A stretch of 64,000 bases of DNA from an uncultured beta proteobacterium (GCA_963763625.1 CAVXPH010000003.1:327615-391614); one strand, 5' to 3'. Counted from the stretch's first letter, positions 47,491 to 56,667 are shown. Made by a program: numbers and translations. Notes: generated from the letters alone by a model not told the origin.

Positions 47491-48462
47491 GTGACCCAGA
47501 TCGCCGTGCTTGATGATTGGCAGCGCGTTGCGCGCGCGAGCGCAGATTGGGCGCCGCTCATGGCCCGCGCCGAAGTCACCTTCTTCGAGGCACCGTTTGC
47601 AAGCGAGGACGCCGCCGCGCAAGGGCTCTCCCAGAGCGACATCATCCTGGCCATCCGCGAGCGCACGCCGTTCCCGCCCTCGCTGGTTGCACGCCTGCCT
47701 CGTCTGCGCATGTTCGGTCTTACCGGGTCGCGTGCGGCGCTCATCGATATCGATGGCATGCTCTCTCGCGGCATCACCGTGTGCTACACCGGGTCAGGAC
47801 CGTCGGGGAATTCAACCGCGGAGCTGGCGCTCGGCCTCCTGCTCGCCGCGGCCCGGCGCATTCCCGCAGGCGACGTCGCCGTTCGTGCCGGTCGGTTCCA
47901 GCTGGGGACCGAGGCGGGCCCGGTTCTCGACGGCAAGACGGTCGGGCTCATTGGACTGGGCCGAATCGGCTCGCGCATGGCTGCCTATTGCCGCGCCCTG
48001 GGCATGAGCGTGCTGGCATGGAGCCAGAATCTCACCGCCGAAGCGGCGACTGCGGCGGGCGCAACACTGGCGTCAAAGGAGGAGCTGCTTGCCCGCGCCG
48101 ACGCGATCAGCCTGCACCTGGTGTTGTCGGAGCGTACCCGCGGCATCCTCGGTGCCGCCGACCTGGCGCGCATGAAGCCCGGTGCGATCCTGATCAATAC
48201 CGCGCGCGCACAGCTCATCGAGGAGGCGGCGCTGGTCGCTGCCGTTGTGTCGGGACGGATCATTGCCGCACTCGATGTGTACTATCGCGAGCCGCTAGCG
48301 GCGGATCACCCCTTAACCCGCGCGCCCAACACGGTGCTCACGCCGCATCTGGGCTACTCGGTGATCGAGGTATACCGCGAGTATTACCGGCAAAGCGTCG
48401 AGAACGCCCTGGCGTTTCTCGATGGCAAGCCGATTCGGGTATTGCAGGCGAAGTCAACCTGA
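47491..48462 (+). CDS. D-isomer-specific 2-hydroxyacid dehydrogenase family protein
   Basis: NAD motif GKTVGLIGLGRIGSRMA. The catalytic region is LINTARAQLIEE...LDVYYREPL..HPL...NTVLTPHLGY. AGGAGG RBS with a GTG start. Confidence 0.88.
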   Translation: MTQIAVLDDWQRVARASADWAPLMARAEVTFFEAPFASEDAAAQGLSQSDIILAIRERTPFPPSLVARLPRLRMFGLTGSRAALIDIDGMLSRGITVCYTGSGPSGNSTAELALGLLLAAARRIPAGDVAVRAGRFQLGTEAGPVLDGKTVGLIGLGRIGSRMAAYCRALGMSVLAWSQNLTAEAATAAGATLASKEELLARADAISLHLVLSERTRGILGAADLARMKPGAILINTARAQLIEEAALVAAVVSGRIIAALDVYYREPLAADHPLTRAPNTVLTPHLGYSVIEVYREYYRQSVENALAFLDGKPIRVLQAKST

Positions 48463-48464
48463 CG

Positions 48465-49463
48465 CTACGCCGTGCGCGCCGCCTCGACCATGGTCCGGAA
48501 TTTCTTGACGTTGTCCTCGCCGGCGTAGGCTGCGATGCGCTTGTAGGCGGGCTCCATCTTGGCCCGAAACGGCGCGAGGTCGGGGCGCGTGATCTGCATG
48601 CCGGCCGCTGCGAGCTTGACCAACTGGTCGGCCTCACCCTCGGCGATGAGCTTGCGCATGAGGTCGCCGGCGGCGGCGCTTTCCTCGCGGAAGATCGCCT
48701 GCTGCGCAGGCGTCAGCTTCTTCCACGAATTGACGCCGATGGTGTGGATCATGTTGTTGTAGATGTGCCGGGTCAGCGCGAGATGCTTCTGCACCTCGTA
48801 GAACTTGCTGTAATAGATCACCGGAATCGGGTTTTCCTCGCCGTCGACGACCCCCTGCGAGAGCGCGAGGTAGAGCTCAGGAAACGCAATGGCCTGTACG
48901 GTGGCACCGAGCGCCTCCATCGAAGCCTGGATCTGCAACTCGGGCGGCGTGCGGATCTTGAGCCCCGCAACATCGGCGGGGACGTTGATCGGGCGCACGC
49001 CGTTGGTCACGTTTCGAAACCCGTATTCCCAGTTGTGCAGCAAGATGAAGCCCTGCTTCTCGGCAAGCGGCGCAAGCCAGTCCATCGCCGGCCCGTCGAG
49101 GACTCGAAATACCTGAGCCGGGCTGTCGAAGATGAACGGCAGCATGACGGCTCCAAACGCGGTGTCGTACTTGTCGAGCTGTCCCTGGGTGGGCAGTCCC
49201 ATGTCGATCGTTCCGAGCTTGATCTGCTGCGCCTGCTCCGGCGGCCCGCCGAGCACGTTGTTGGGAAAAATGTTGATCTTGATCGCGCCGTTGGTACGCA
49301 TCTCGACCCGGCTCGCAAACTGCTTGGCCGCAATATTGGCCGGATGATCTTCCGGTGCAAAGTGCGCCCAGCGCAACGTCAGCGGCGCCTGCCCGCGCGC
49401 AACGTAGGGAGTGGCCAGCGACGCTGCGGCGCTGGCAGTCTTCAGAAACCTTCTGCGGTCCAT
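48465..49463 (-). CDS. TRAP transporter substrate-binding protein (DctP family), Tat-like leader
   Basis: MDRRRFLKTASAAASLATPYVARG leader. DctP-family body (FPNNVLGGPPEQAQQIKLGTIDM..., PELYLALSQGVVDGEENP). Confidence 0.88.
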   Translation of the reverse strand: MDRRRFLKTASAAASLATPYVARGQAPLTLRWAHFAPEDHPANIAAKQFASRVEMRTNGAIKINIFPNNVLGGPPEQAQQIKLGTIDMGLPTQGQLDKYDTAFGAVMLPFIFDSPAQVFRVLDGPAMDWLAPLAEKQGFILLHNWEYGFRNVTNGVRPINVPADVAGLKIRTPPELQIQASMEALGATVQAIAFPELYLALSQGVVDGEENPIPVIYYSKFYEVQKHLALTRHIYNNMIHTIGVNSWKKLTPAQQAIFREESAAAGDLMRKLIAEGEADQLVKLAAAGMQITRPDLAPFRAKMEPAYKRIAAYAGEDNVKKFRTMVEAARTA

Positions 49464-49508
49464 AGCCTTCTCCTCCTTAAGAACTGTCCCGAATGCTGCC
49501 GCACAGTG

Positions 49509-51407
49509 TTAGCCACGAAAGCCGAAATGATGCGGCAGAAACAATGCCAGCGACGGCACGAACGCGACGATCAGCAAGCCAACGAGCACCATGGCCAGAT
49601 ACGGAAGCATGGCGCGCGACGCGGCCTCGATATCGGCACGCATGATCGCACAGCAGACATAGAAACCCACGCCGGCAAGCGGCATGAAGCCACCGATGCC
49701 CATGGCGATGATCAACACCAGGGCGTAGTGCAGTTCGCTCAAGCCGAGCTTGCCGGCGATGGGGATGAGCAAGGGTGCCAGGACGTTGAGCGAAGGCAGG
49801 CCCTCGAGTAGCACGCCAACGACGATCAGGAGCCCGATCGAGCCGACCATGAAGATGGCGGTGCTGTTGCCGATCGAATGCAGCAGGTCGACCAGCCGCT
49901 GCGGCAGGTACGCCACCGTCAGCGTCCACGAAAATCCCGACGCGGCGGCGAAGATAAAGAGGAGCACGCCGGTCAGCGCGGCGGTATCGGCGACGGTGCG
50001 CAGAAGTCCCTTCAGGGTCATCTCGCGATAGACCAGCATCGAGAGCAACAGCCCGTAGACGACGGCGAAGGCCGCCACCTCGGTCGGCGTGGCGATCCCC
50101 AGCAGAATGCCCGCCAGAAGCATTCCCGGCATGAGCAGCGGCAGCAGCGCGCCGAGTCCGGCGCGGAGCAGGGTGACGAGCGGCACGCGGGGGATGCGGG
50201 GCGTGCCGGCGCGGCGCGTGCGCAGGTCGATAAGCAGCATCAGGCACAAGGCCATCACCGCTGCCGGGATGAGGCCCCCGATGAACAGGCCCGCCACCGA
50301 AACACTGGTGATGGAGCCGACAATCAACATGGCAATACTCGGCGGCACCGTCTCGCCCATGATCGCCGCTGCGGCGAGCACCGCCGCGCCCTCGGCTGCG
50401 CCGTGACGCTCGCGCAATTCGTCGCGCATGACCGTGCCCACGGCCGCGACGTCCGCAGGCTTGGAGCCGGAAAGGCCGGATACCACATACATGCTCAGTA
50501 CGGCGACCTGGAGCAGCCCGCCGCGGGCGTGGCCGACCGCGCTCTGGATGAAGCGGATCAGGCGCACGCTGATCCCGCCGCGCTCCATGATCAGCCCCGC
50601 CAGGATAAAGAAAGGCACCGCGAGCAGGATGAAGTTGCCCGTGCCGTTGACCATGCTTTGCGGCAACACCACCAGCGACGCCGTGCCGGTGCCCCACATG
50701 TACGCGGCCGCGGACAGGAGCAGCACGAAGCCAACCGGGACGCCGGCCAGGATCGCCACGAGGAAGAATACGAGGACGGCGCTGATCGCGACGTCGGCGG
50801 TGAACCACGCCTGCCAGGTTGCGCGCGTCAGCGTCGCCGCGGCCAGCACCACGGCAAACACCGATCCGACCTGCCACGCGATCCGTCCGTGCTCGCGCCG
50901 GAGATGGATGAATGCATAGATCGCAAGCAGCGCCATGCCCAGGGGAAGCGGCAGGCCGATAATCGCCGCCGGAAGCTGCAGCACCGGCGTGCGTTCGTTC
51001 CAGCTCGAAGCAAGGAATTCGATCGAGGCAATGCCGGTCAGGCCGGCGACGAAGAGCACCAGGACATCGGCGAGCGCCAGGCAGACGCTGCGCGTCGGTG
51101 CCGAGCAGAGGTTGAGGACTACGCGGACAAAGGCATGATCGCGGCGCCGATACGCGACCGCACCGCCGATGAACGCCAGCATCGAGAGGGTCAGACGCGC
51201 CAATTCGTCGGCCCAGAGAAACGAATGATGGAAGAATGCACGCGCGACGACGTTGGCCAGGACCATGACCAGTTCGCCCAGGAGCGCCACCACGACAACC
51301 GACTCGGCGAGCCGGTCCAGTGCGCGCAGCGCGACACCGTCGTGCGCGGCGAGCGGATAGGATGGGGAGGGCACCGCCTGCTGCGTTTCGACGCCGACCG
51401 GTTGCAC
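49509..51407 (-). CDS. TRAP transporter fused small/large permease (DctQ-DctM)
   Basis: 632 aa. DctQ-like N-terminus (LWADELARLTLSMLAFIGGAVAYRRRDHAF) and DctM-like body (GGLLQVAVLSMYVVSGLSGSKPADVAAV). Confidence 0.9.
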   Translation of the reverse strand: MQPVGVETQQAVPSPSYPLAAHDGVALRALDRLAESVVVVALLGELVMVLANVVARAFFHHSFLWADELARLTLSMLAFIGGAVAYRRRDHAFVRVVLNLCSAPTRSVCLALADVLVLFVAGLTGIASIEFLASSWNERTPVLQLPAAIIGLPLPLGMALLAIYAFIHLRREHGRIAWQVGSVFAVVLAAATLTRATWQAWFTADVAISAVLVFFLVAILAGVPVGFVLLLSAAAYMWGTGTASLVVLPQSMVNGTGNFILLAVPFFILAGLIMERGGISVRLIRFIQSAVGHARGGLLQVAVLSMYVVSGLSGSKPADVAAVGTVMRDELRERHGAAEGAAVLAAAAIMGETVPPSIAMLIVGSITSVSVAGLFIGGLIPAAVMALCLMLLIDLRTRRAGTPRIPRVPLVTLLRAGLGALLPLLMPGMLLAGILLGIATPTEVAAFAVVYGLLLSMLVYREMTLKGLLRTVADTAALTGVLLFIFAAASGFSWTLTVAYLPQRLVDLLHSIGNSTAIFMVGSIGLLIVVGVLLEGLPSLNVLAPLLIPIAGKLGLSELHYALVLIIAMGIGGFMPLAGVGFYVCCAIMRADIEAASRAMLPYLAMVLVGLLIVAFVPSLALFLPHHFGFRG

Positions 51408-51419
51408 TGCGTTTTATCC

Positions 51420-51586
51420 GTTGTGGCGAAGCGCTGGTAACGACGGCGACTGCCCGAAAGGTGCTGCTGCATGGCCCGCCGGCGGGCCGTTGGGTCGCCG
51501 GCGCCAATCGCGGCAACCATCCGACGATGCTCCGACCGGATGTGCCCGCGAGTGCTAGTATTTCCCGGCCGTCGGGCGCGAGTCAA
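51420..51586 (-). pseudogene. possible relic of the C-terminal end of a GntR/FadR (FCD-domain) regulator
   Basis: The minus-frame translation HIRSEHRRMVAAIGAGDPTARRRAMQQHLSGSRRRY resembles the last helices of FCD domains (EH..i..Ai..gD...A...m..Hl). There is no room for the N-terminal 150+ aa, because the SDR gene starts at 51628 on the other strand. Confidence 0.3.
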
Positions 51587-51627
51587 TCGCTGTCGGCATC
51601 ACCGTGGCCGTCGGGCGGGAGTTCCGG

Positions 51628-52431
51628 ATGACAGACTATCGCAGACTATTCGATCTGACCGGGCGCAAGGCGCTCGTCCTCGGCGCCGCCTCCGGTATCG
51701 GCAAGGCGGCGGCGGAAGCGCTCGGCGCGCTCGGGGCCGCAGTCCATTGCGCGGATCTCGATCTGGCGCTGGCGGAGGCGACTGCAGCGGCGATCCGCGC
51801 CGGCGGTGGGGTTGCCGATGCATCGCGTGCCGACGCCGCCAGCGGCGATGAGGTCGCCGCGCTGGTGAACCGGACCCAAGCTTCTCTTGGGGGCATCGAC
51901 GTCGCCGTGACGACGCCGGGCATCAACATCCGCAAGCTGTTGCTGAATTACAGCGAAGCCGAATTCGACCGCATTCTCGATCTCAACATCAAAGGGACTT
52001 TCTTTTTCTTGCGCGAGGTCGGCCGGGTCATGGTGGCGCAGAAACGTGGCAGCATCATCGCCTCATCGTCGATACGCGCCTTCACCATCGAGCCGGGGCT
52101 GGCGGTCTACGGCGCGACTAAGGCCGCGATCTCGCTGCTCGTCAAGGGGTTTGCCGCCGAGGTCGGCGGCTACGGTGTCCGCGTCAACGCGATCGCGCCC
52201 TCGATCATCGAGACGCCGCTCACTGCGCCGATCAAGACCCGTTCAGACATCTATGAAACCTACGCCAAACACACCGTCCTCGGGCGCTGGGGTCAGCCGC
52301 ACGAAGTCGGGAGCGTGGTGGGTTTCCTCGCGTCCGACGCAGCGAGCTACATCAGCGGCAGCACCCTGATGATCGACGCCGGATGGACTGCGATCGACGG
52401 CCCGCCGACGGGATTGACGCAGGTTGGCTGA
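51628..52431 (+). CDS. SDR family oxidoreductase
   Basis: ORF 51604..52431 trimmed to ATG 51628. GRKALVLGAASGIGKAAA, the catalytic S...YGATKAAI and a PSIIETP motif. Confidence 0.85.
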   Translation: MTDYRRLFDLTGRKALVLGAASGIGKAAAEALGALGAAVHCADLDLALAEATAAAIRAGGGVADASRADAASGDEVAALVNRTQASLGGIDVAVTTPGINIRKLLLNYSEAEFDRILDLNIKGTFFFLREVGRVMVAQKRGSIIASSSIRAFTIEPGLAVYGATKAAISLLVKGFAAEVGGYGVRVNAIAPSIIETPLTAPIKTRSDIYETYAKHTVLGRWGQPHEVGSVVGFLASDAASYISGSTLMIDAGWTAIDGPPTGLTQVG

Positions 52432-52447
52432 CCCCCTGGCAGAGAAG

Positions 52448-52475
52448 AAAAAAGCCCGGTTGCCCGGGCTTTCTT
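52448..52475. terminator. bidirectional rho-independent terminator
   Basis: aaaaaa-GCCCGG-ttgc-CCGGGC-tttctt. It lies between the convergent stops at 52431 (+) and 52496 (-), with an A-run on one side and a T-run on the other. Confidence 0.8.
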
Positions 52476-52495
52476 GATTCACCGCTGCGATTGAA

Positions 52496-52702
52496 TTAAT
52501 CGAGCATCCTAATATTCGCGGCCTGATCCCCTTTGGGACCGGTGGTGACGTCGAAGCTCACCTTCTGGTTCTCGCGCAGGCTCTTGTGGCCTTCACCCTG
52601 AATCGCCGAGAAGTGGGCAAACAGATCCTTGCCGCCGCCATCGGGAGTGATGAAGCCGAAACCCTTGCCATCGTTGAACCACTTTACTGTACCTGTACTC
52701 AT
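52496..52702 (-). CDS. CspA-family cold-shock protein
   Basis: ORF trimmed to ATG 52702 (AGGAG RBS). [34 protein letters not shown] carries the RNP1 and RNP2 motifs. 68 aa. Confidence 0.93.
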   Translation of the reverse strand: MSTGTVKWFNDGKGFGFITPDGGGKDLFAHFSAIQGEGHKSLRENQKVSFDVTTGPKGDQAANIRMLD

Positions 52703-52839
52703 GTCTACTGCTCCTGGGAAAGATAAATGACGGGCCTTGGCCCGGCGCTGGAACTTCAAGGGAGAGAGACGAAGACCTGATGAGTACCGCCGAAGCGGCA
52801 ACGCGGGACTGGCAATTCGCTTGAGGAACCGGCAGCTCT

Positions 52840-52868
52840 TCTATACACGTATTTGGCCGGCACGTCAA
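52840..52868 (-). promoter_or_regulatory. candidate sigma-70 promoter for the csp gene (long 5' leader)
   Basis: The minus strand reads TTGACG, a 17-nt spacer, then TATAGA. This implies a leader of about 130 nt, as is typical for cspA-family genes. Confidence 0.45.
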
Positions 52869-53221
52869 ATTACCTATCGCGTTTAGCTGAGACGTGAATG
52901 CAATACCGGTATATAGTCTGATTGTTGCGGCAGGTGCTGCGCGACGCTTGGAGGTTGGCTCGGCAATGGGGCTTGGGTGCCCAATCGATGGAGGTGGACG
53001 GTGACGGCAGTGGCCGTCTTCGGGTCCGGTCGCGCTTCGGCCGGCTTGCGTGACCAGTTTCTCTGCGCGCTGGACGCGAGCGACGAGCTCCTGCTCCGCG
53101 ACTTGGCCACGCATCTGCGCAGTTGCACCAACATTCTTCCGAGCACGACGTGCGTGTTGTTGGGACTTCCGGCCGGAAGTACCTACGCCGTGGGCGCGCG
53201 GGCTGTCATCGAGCGAAAGCC

Positions 53222-53653
53222 ATGCTGAAGCAGGCAATCCTCGCCGTCCGGCCAGCAAGCAGCGAATACGCTGACGCAGGACCGATCGCCACCACCCAGG
53301 AGTTCACCGCGGCGCTGCTTGCCACGCGTGACTGGATCGGTATCTCGCCAACCCAGTTGCAGATGCTTCAGGCGCAGTGTCGGGCGCCGGAAGCGACCAT
53401 CACCGCGGCGCAGCTCGCCACGCAGCTCAGCTTCAAGAATTGTGCGGCGGCCCGCCTGCAATACGGCACGCTGGCTCGCGCGATCGCAGAAAAGCTCGGA
53501 TATGCGCCGCCGCAGAAGGGCAAGGGCCCGGTTCGCTGGTGGTTTGCCCTGTCGATTGCAGCCAACGGCGAGGACGACGCGGGTGACGGCGAGTTCAAAT
53601 GGATCATGCGGCCGGAATTGGTTGCGGCGCTGCGCATGATGAAGTGGGCCTGA
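53222..53653 (+). CDS. hypothetical protein (143 aa)
   Basis: ORF 53123..53653 trimmed to ATG 53222. The composition is coding-like. Its pattern is discussed in the findings. Confidence 0.5.
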   Translation: MLKQAILAVRPASSEYADAGPIATTQEFTAALLATRDWIGISPTQLQMLQAQCRAPEATITAAQLATQLSFKNCAAARLQYGTLARAIAEKLGYAPPQKGKGPVRWWFALSIAANGEDDAGDGEFKWIMRPELVAALRMMKWA

Positions 53654-54300
53654 GCCGAGCTGGAGCCCCGGCAATTGCGACTGGGCCCGCGCGGGCGCGC
53701 CGCGACTGTCCTTGCATCCCTCGACGCTGAGTGTCGATGGTCGACACGCGGCACAGGCGCTAAGCTGCCCGCGAGCAAGTCCGTAACTTGCGACCCGGCG
53801 CGAGCGAGATGACCAGGGCGGTTCGCTCATGTCGGTCGTCGCTTCGCCCCGGGGAAGAAACCTGCGCCACTTCTAGCCCGTCTTTGGTTCCCCTCCAGAC
53901 CGAATCTGGGCACTGAGCCCAGGGTGAGGGTTTCCTAGCGACCCTCTGCGGTCCGTCAATTTTTGCCGCCATTCGGTAGCGGCGAAGCGGACGTTTGGTG
54001 CCGTAGTTCGACGACGGCACATCAATACGGCCCGACTGAGGCCCATGCGTGAGTTCGCCTTGTAACCGTCAGCCAGATTGATTAGCGCTGATTACCTGAA
54101 TGCAGCTCATCCTTTCGGGATCGGCACGGGCACTGCTGGATTTCTACGGTCACATGTGCAATCTCTCGATGCAGGGCAAGCGTCTCGCGAACGCGACCGG
54201 CAGTGAGCGTTGTGTCTGGGACAGTAACACGAATACCGGTGGGCAATCTGTCGCACCCGAACCCCGATATCGACAATCCCACGTCACTCCAGATGAACCG

Positions 54301-54332
54301 CAGAAACAGCAAGCCCCGCCGGAGCGGGGCCT
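54301..54332 (-). terminator. rho-independent terminator of the PEP-CTERM gene
   Basis: The minus strand forms GCCCCGC-tccg-GCGGGGC followed by ttgctgtttctg, about 20 nt after the stop at 54351. Confidence 0.6.
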
Positions 54333-54350
54333 GCGTTGGCGTTGAATCGG

Positions 54351-55097
54351 TTACTGCTTGCGGCGCGAGAAGCCAAGTCCGGCGAGGCCGAGGCCGAGCA
54401 GCGCCAGCGTGGCGGGCTCTGGGACGTTATGAATATCGAAGCTCAGGTCCTGATACTGCGTCACGAAAGTGAAGGTTCCCGTCTCAGCGGCGCCGACTGT
54501 TGTAATTTGCGTGAGCCCGAGCACTATCGGATCGCCGTCGAAGTTCGGATTCGTCGTACCAAACAAGCCGGTCGCAAAGTTGAACTCAAGAAAATTCGAG
54601 GCCACCAAGTCGGATTGCGAGAAGGAATTAAACCCGGTTCCGCCGGGGTTGTTGGGGCCGTCGAAAACCGCTCCAGGAATTGCTGCCGCGTAGTAGAGAC
54701 CATCCTGCAAGATCGTAGGGCGAAACGTATTGCCAAAGCCGGTGCCCGTGACAGTTGTTATGGCGTTCTTAAGCGCCGAAGCATCGATCGAGTTGATCGC
54801 ACCCTGGGTCGACGGATCATAGTCGAAGGTGTTGTTGGTTAGTCCCTGTGCGACCATATGGGTCGTGAGAGTTCCATCCAAAGTGTAGCTCGCCGTGAAC
54901 TGCAACGTGTCGGCCGGAGTGGCCGGGTTCGCATAAACGATGCTCGCGGAGGAGTCCGAAGAATAGGTCGGGCTTGCCGAGTAGCTGGCAAGGCTCATAG
55001 TATTATCGGTGAAGAGCACGTCGGCGGCGGCTGGCCCCGCGCCCGCGACGATTGCTAGCACTGCCGCCAAGGCAAGACGCGTCCGCAGGTACTTCAT
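54351..55097 (-). CDS. PEP-CTERM sorting-domain protein (secreted, exosortase substrate type)
   Basis: ORF trimmed to ATG 55097 (GGAGG RBS). Signal peptide MKYLRTRLALAAVLAIVAGAGPAAA. The C-terminus VPEPATLALLGLGLAGLGFSRRKQ is a canonical PEP-CTERM motif. Confidence 0.88.
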   Translation of the reverse strand: MKYLRTRLALAAVLAIVAGAGPAAADVLFTDNTMSLASYSASPTYSSDSSASIVYANPATPADTLQFTASYTLDGTLTTHMVAQGLTNNTFDYDPSTQGAINSIDASALKNAITTVTGTGFGNTFRPTILQDGLYYAAAIPGAVFDGPNNPGGTGFNSFSQSDLVASNFLEFNFATGLFGTTNPNFDGDPIVLGLTQITTVGAAETGTFTFVTQYQDLSFDIHNVPEPATLALLGLGLAGLGFSRRKQ

Positions 55098-55142
55098 TGA
55101 GCCTCCATTCATTATCGGAAAATGAGCCAATGTTATCCGGCA

Positions 55143-55158
55143 TGCAAGTACGATGCCA
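55143..55158 (-). promoter_or_regulatory. sigma-54 (-24/-12) promoter candidate for the PEP-CTERM gene
   Basis: The minus strand reads TGGCAT-cgtac-TTGCA against the consensus TGGCAC-N5-TTGCW. It lies 45 nt upstream of ATG 55097. Confidence 0.55.
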
Positions 55159-55610
55159 GTTTCTCTGAACCGCTGCCAATCAGTCACTTAAGGGTGCGTC
55201 GGCACTTCTGGCAATGTGAGCCTGTAAACTTTCCTGACATGTTTCCAGCGACATCTCGGAATCACCGGGATTTGCGAGGCAACCCTGCCACAAAGGCAGA
55301 GCGGGCAACTCGTAGTTGAAGCGATAAGCGAACCCTGTGTCGGTCCGAGGCAATTTAGCCGGGGACGCCGACCGGCTGCGATTGGCCGATTTCGGGACAC
55401 CCACAATCTTTGCGTCGCCCTTTGCAGCGGCGTGGGCTGATCGTACCCTCCGCGGTGTCTCGGCATGAGGCGACGAGTCATGCTTCTGCTGATGGGGGAT
55501 TGCCAGCGTCGGATCGGTCTGACGCCCCGTCGGGAGCATTTGTGGACAAGTTCCCGGAGCGCACACGATGGTCATGTTCGCCGGTCGACAGTACCGGCCA
55601 AGGTATGCCC

Positions 55611-56468
55611 TCAACCTTGGAGCACGCATCTTGCCTTCCAAGGAAATTCGGAACCGTACTTGGCACTCATGAAGGCGTTGCCTTCCTTGAAAAAGCCGAT
55701 CGGCAGGTCTCTATTTCCGCGCCAGGTATTGTTGCGTTCCGGATGACCATCTATTTTTTCTGCTGGATCGTTGACCGGCCAGACGACGGTCGCACGTCCA
55801 GAGCACATATAAGGGGCGTTCGATCTGCGTAACGCGTCGAACAGCACCCGGTCGCTTGCCTTGCGCATCTTGGGATCGAGCCGGTGCTGGACCAGTTGCC
55901 CCCCGACGACGGGTGCCAGTTCTCGCGATATCAGATAGCAGTTCGTATCAACAAGATTGGACCACGGTCGAGGGGGCTGTACTCCTCGCGTGTCGGCATC
56001 TCTCTGAAACACCCACGAGGCCTCCGGGCCAATGCTTTCGCAGTTGTCGTCAACAGACTCCCCGGTGGTTAGGTCCACGACCTTGCGTTGCGAAAAGGCC
56101 CACTGCAGCTTGTTGCTTTCACACAAGCTCAGCAATTCCTCGATGTGATCGGGCTCCTGGTAGGCGTCCTGGTCCAGAAATGCGATCCACGGCGTATCGA
56201 CGATCATCATGCTCATCGCGTAGATGCGATAGCCATAGAATTCGCTATGGCCAGTATTCCAGGGCAACTCGAGAATCTGGCGTTTGGAATCGATTGCACC
56301 CAGATGCGGAACGACCTTCGAGTCGAATTCGCGCTTGAAGGCGGGGCCATCGACACACAACAAATGCATCGCTTGCTTGCACGTCTGGGCAGCCACGCTT
56401 GAGATGGCCCGCAGAATGGACTTGCTGCCGGTGCAGGCTGACACCACCGTTACCTTGTCGTCACCCAT
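55611..56468 (-). CDS. GT-A-fold glycosyltransferase-like protein (family-2-like), lower-GC gene
   Basis: VTVVSACTGSKSILRAISSVAAQT..HLLCVDG and the DxD-like IAFLDQDAY fit a GT2-type N-terminus. The remainder is unrecognised. My hand counts on two 60-nt lines give about 53-55% GC. Confidence 0.5.
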   Translation of the reverse strand: MGDDKVTVVSACTGSKSILRAISSVAAQTCKQAMHLLCVDGPAFKREFDSKVVPHLGAIDSKRQILELPWNTGHSEFYGYRIYAMSMMIVDTPWIAFLDQDAYQEPDHIEELLSLCESNKLQWAFSQRKVVDLTTGESVDDNCESIGPEASWVFQRDADTRGVQPPRPWSNLVDTNCYLISRELAPVVGGQLVQHRLDPKMRKASDRVLFDALRRSNAPYMCSGRATVVWPVNDPAEKIDGHPERNNTWRGNRDLPIGFFKEGNAFMSAKYGSEFPWKARCVLQG

Positions 56469-56667
56469 GAATCTATCCTGGCGCGCCGAAAGACCGGCGG
56501 TCGCATTTTGGTGCAGGTTAGCTGCTTATTTCTCTATCGTTTCGGGGACAGTAAATGCAACGCTCTCGACGCACCGTCGCGAGCACCGTAGCACGTCTTC
56601 ACTGGCCCGGACCGACGTTGGCCCGGGGTGACAATTGATAAGATCAGCGCAATGAGCGCCGTGGCGA

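Noticed and set aside
47517-49811. 764-aa plus-strand ORF spanning the dehydrogenase and a TRAP binding-protein gene
   Set aside because: It is Arg/Gly/His-rich and out of frame or antisense to two well-supported genes (47491..48462 plus strand, 48465..49463 minus strand). I rejected these ORFs for the same reason: 49878..51440 (+), 49477..51516 (-), 15103..16269 (-), 15480..16706 (+), 37223..38428 (+), 23293..24453 (-), 25781..26575 (-), 57711..59438 (+) and 62874..63854 (-).
56469-56667. Possible dctQ remnant after the orphan dctP
   Set aside because: I translated the frames downstream of the dctP stop. One frame gives a short hydrophobic stretch (IATALIALILSIVTPG), but it overlaps the dctP 3' end, has no start and does not resemble DctQ.
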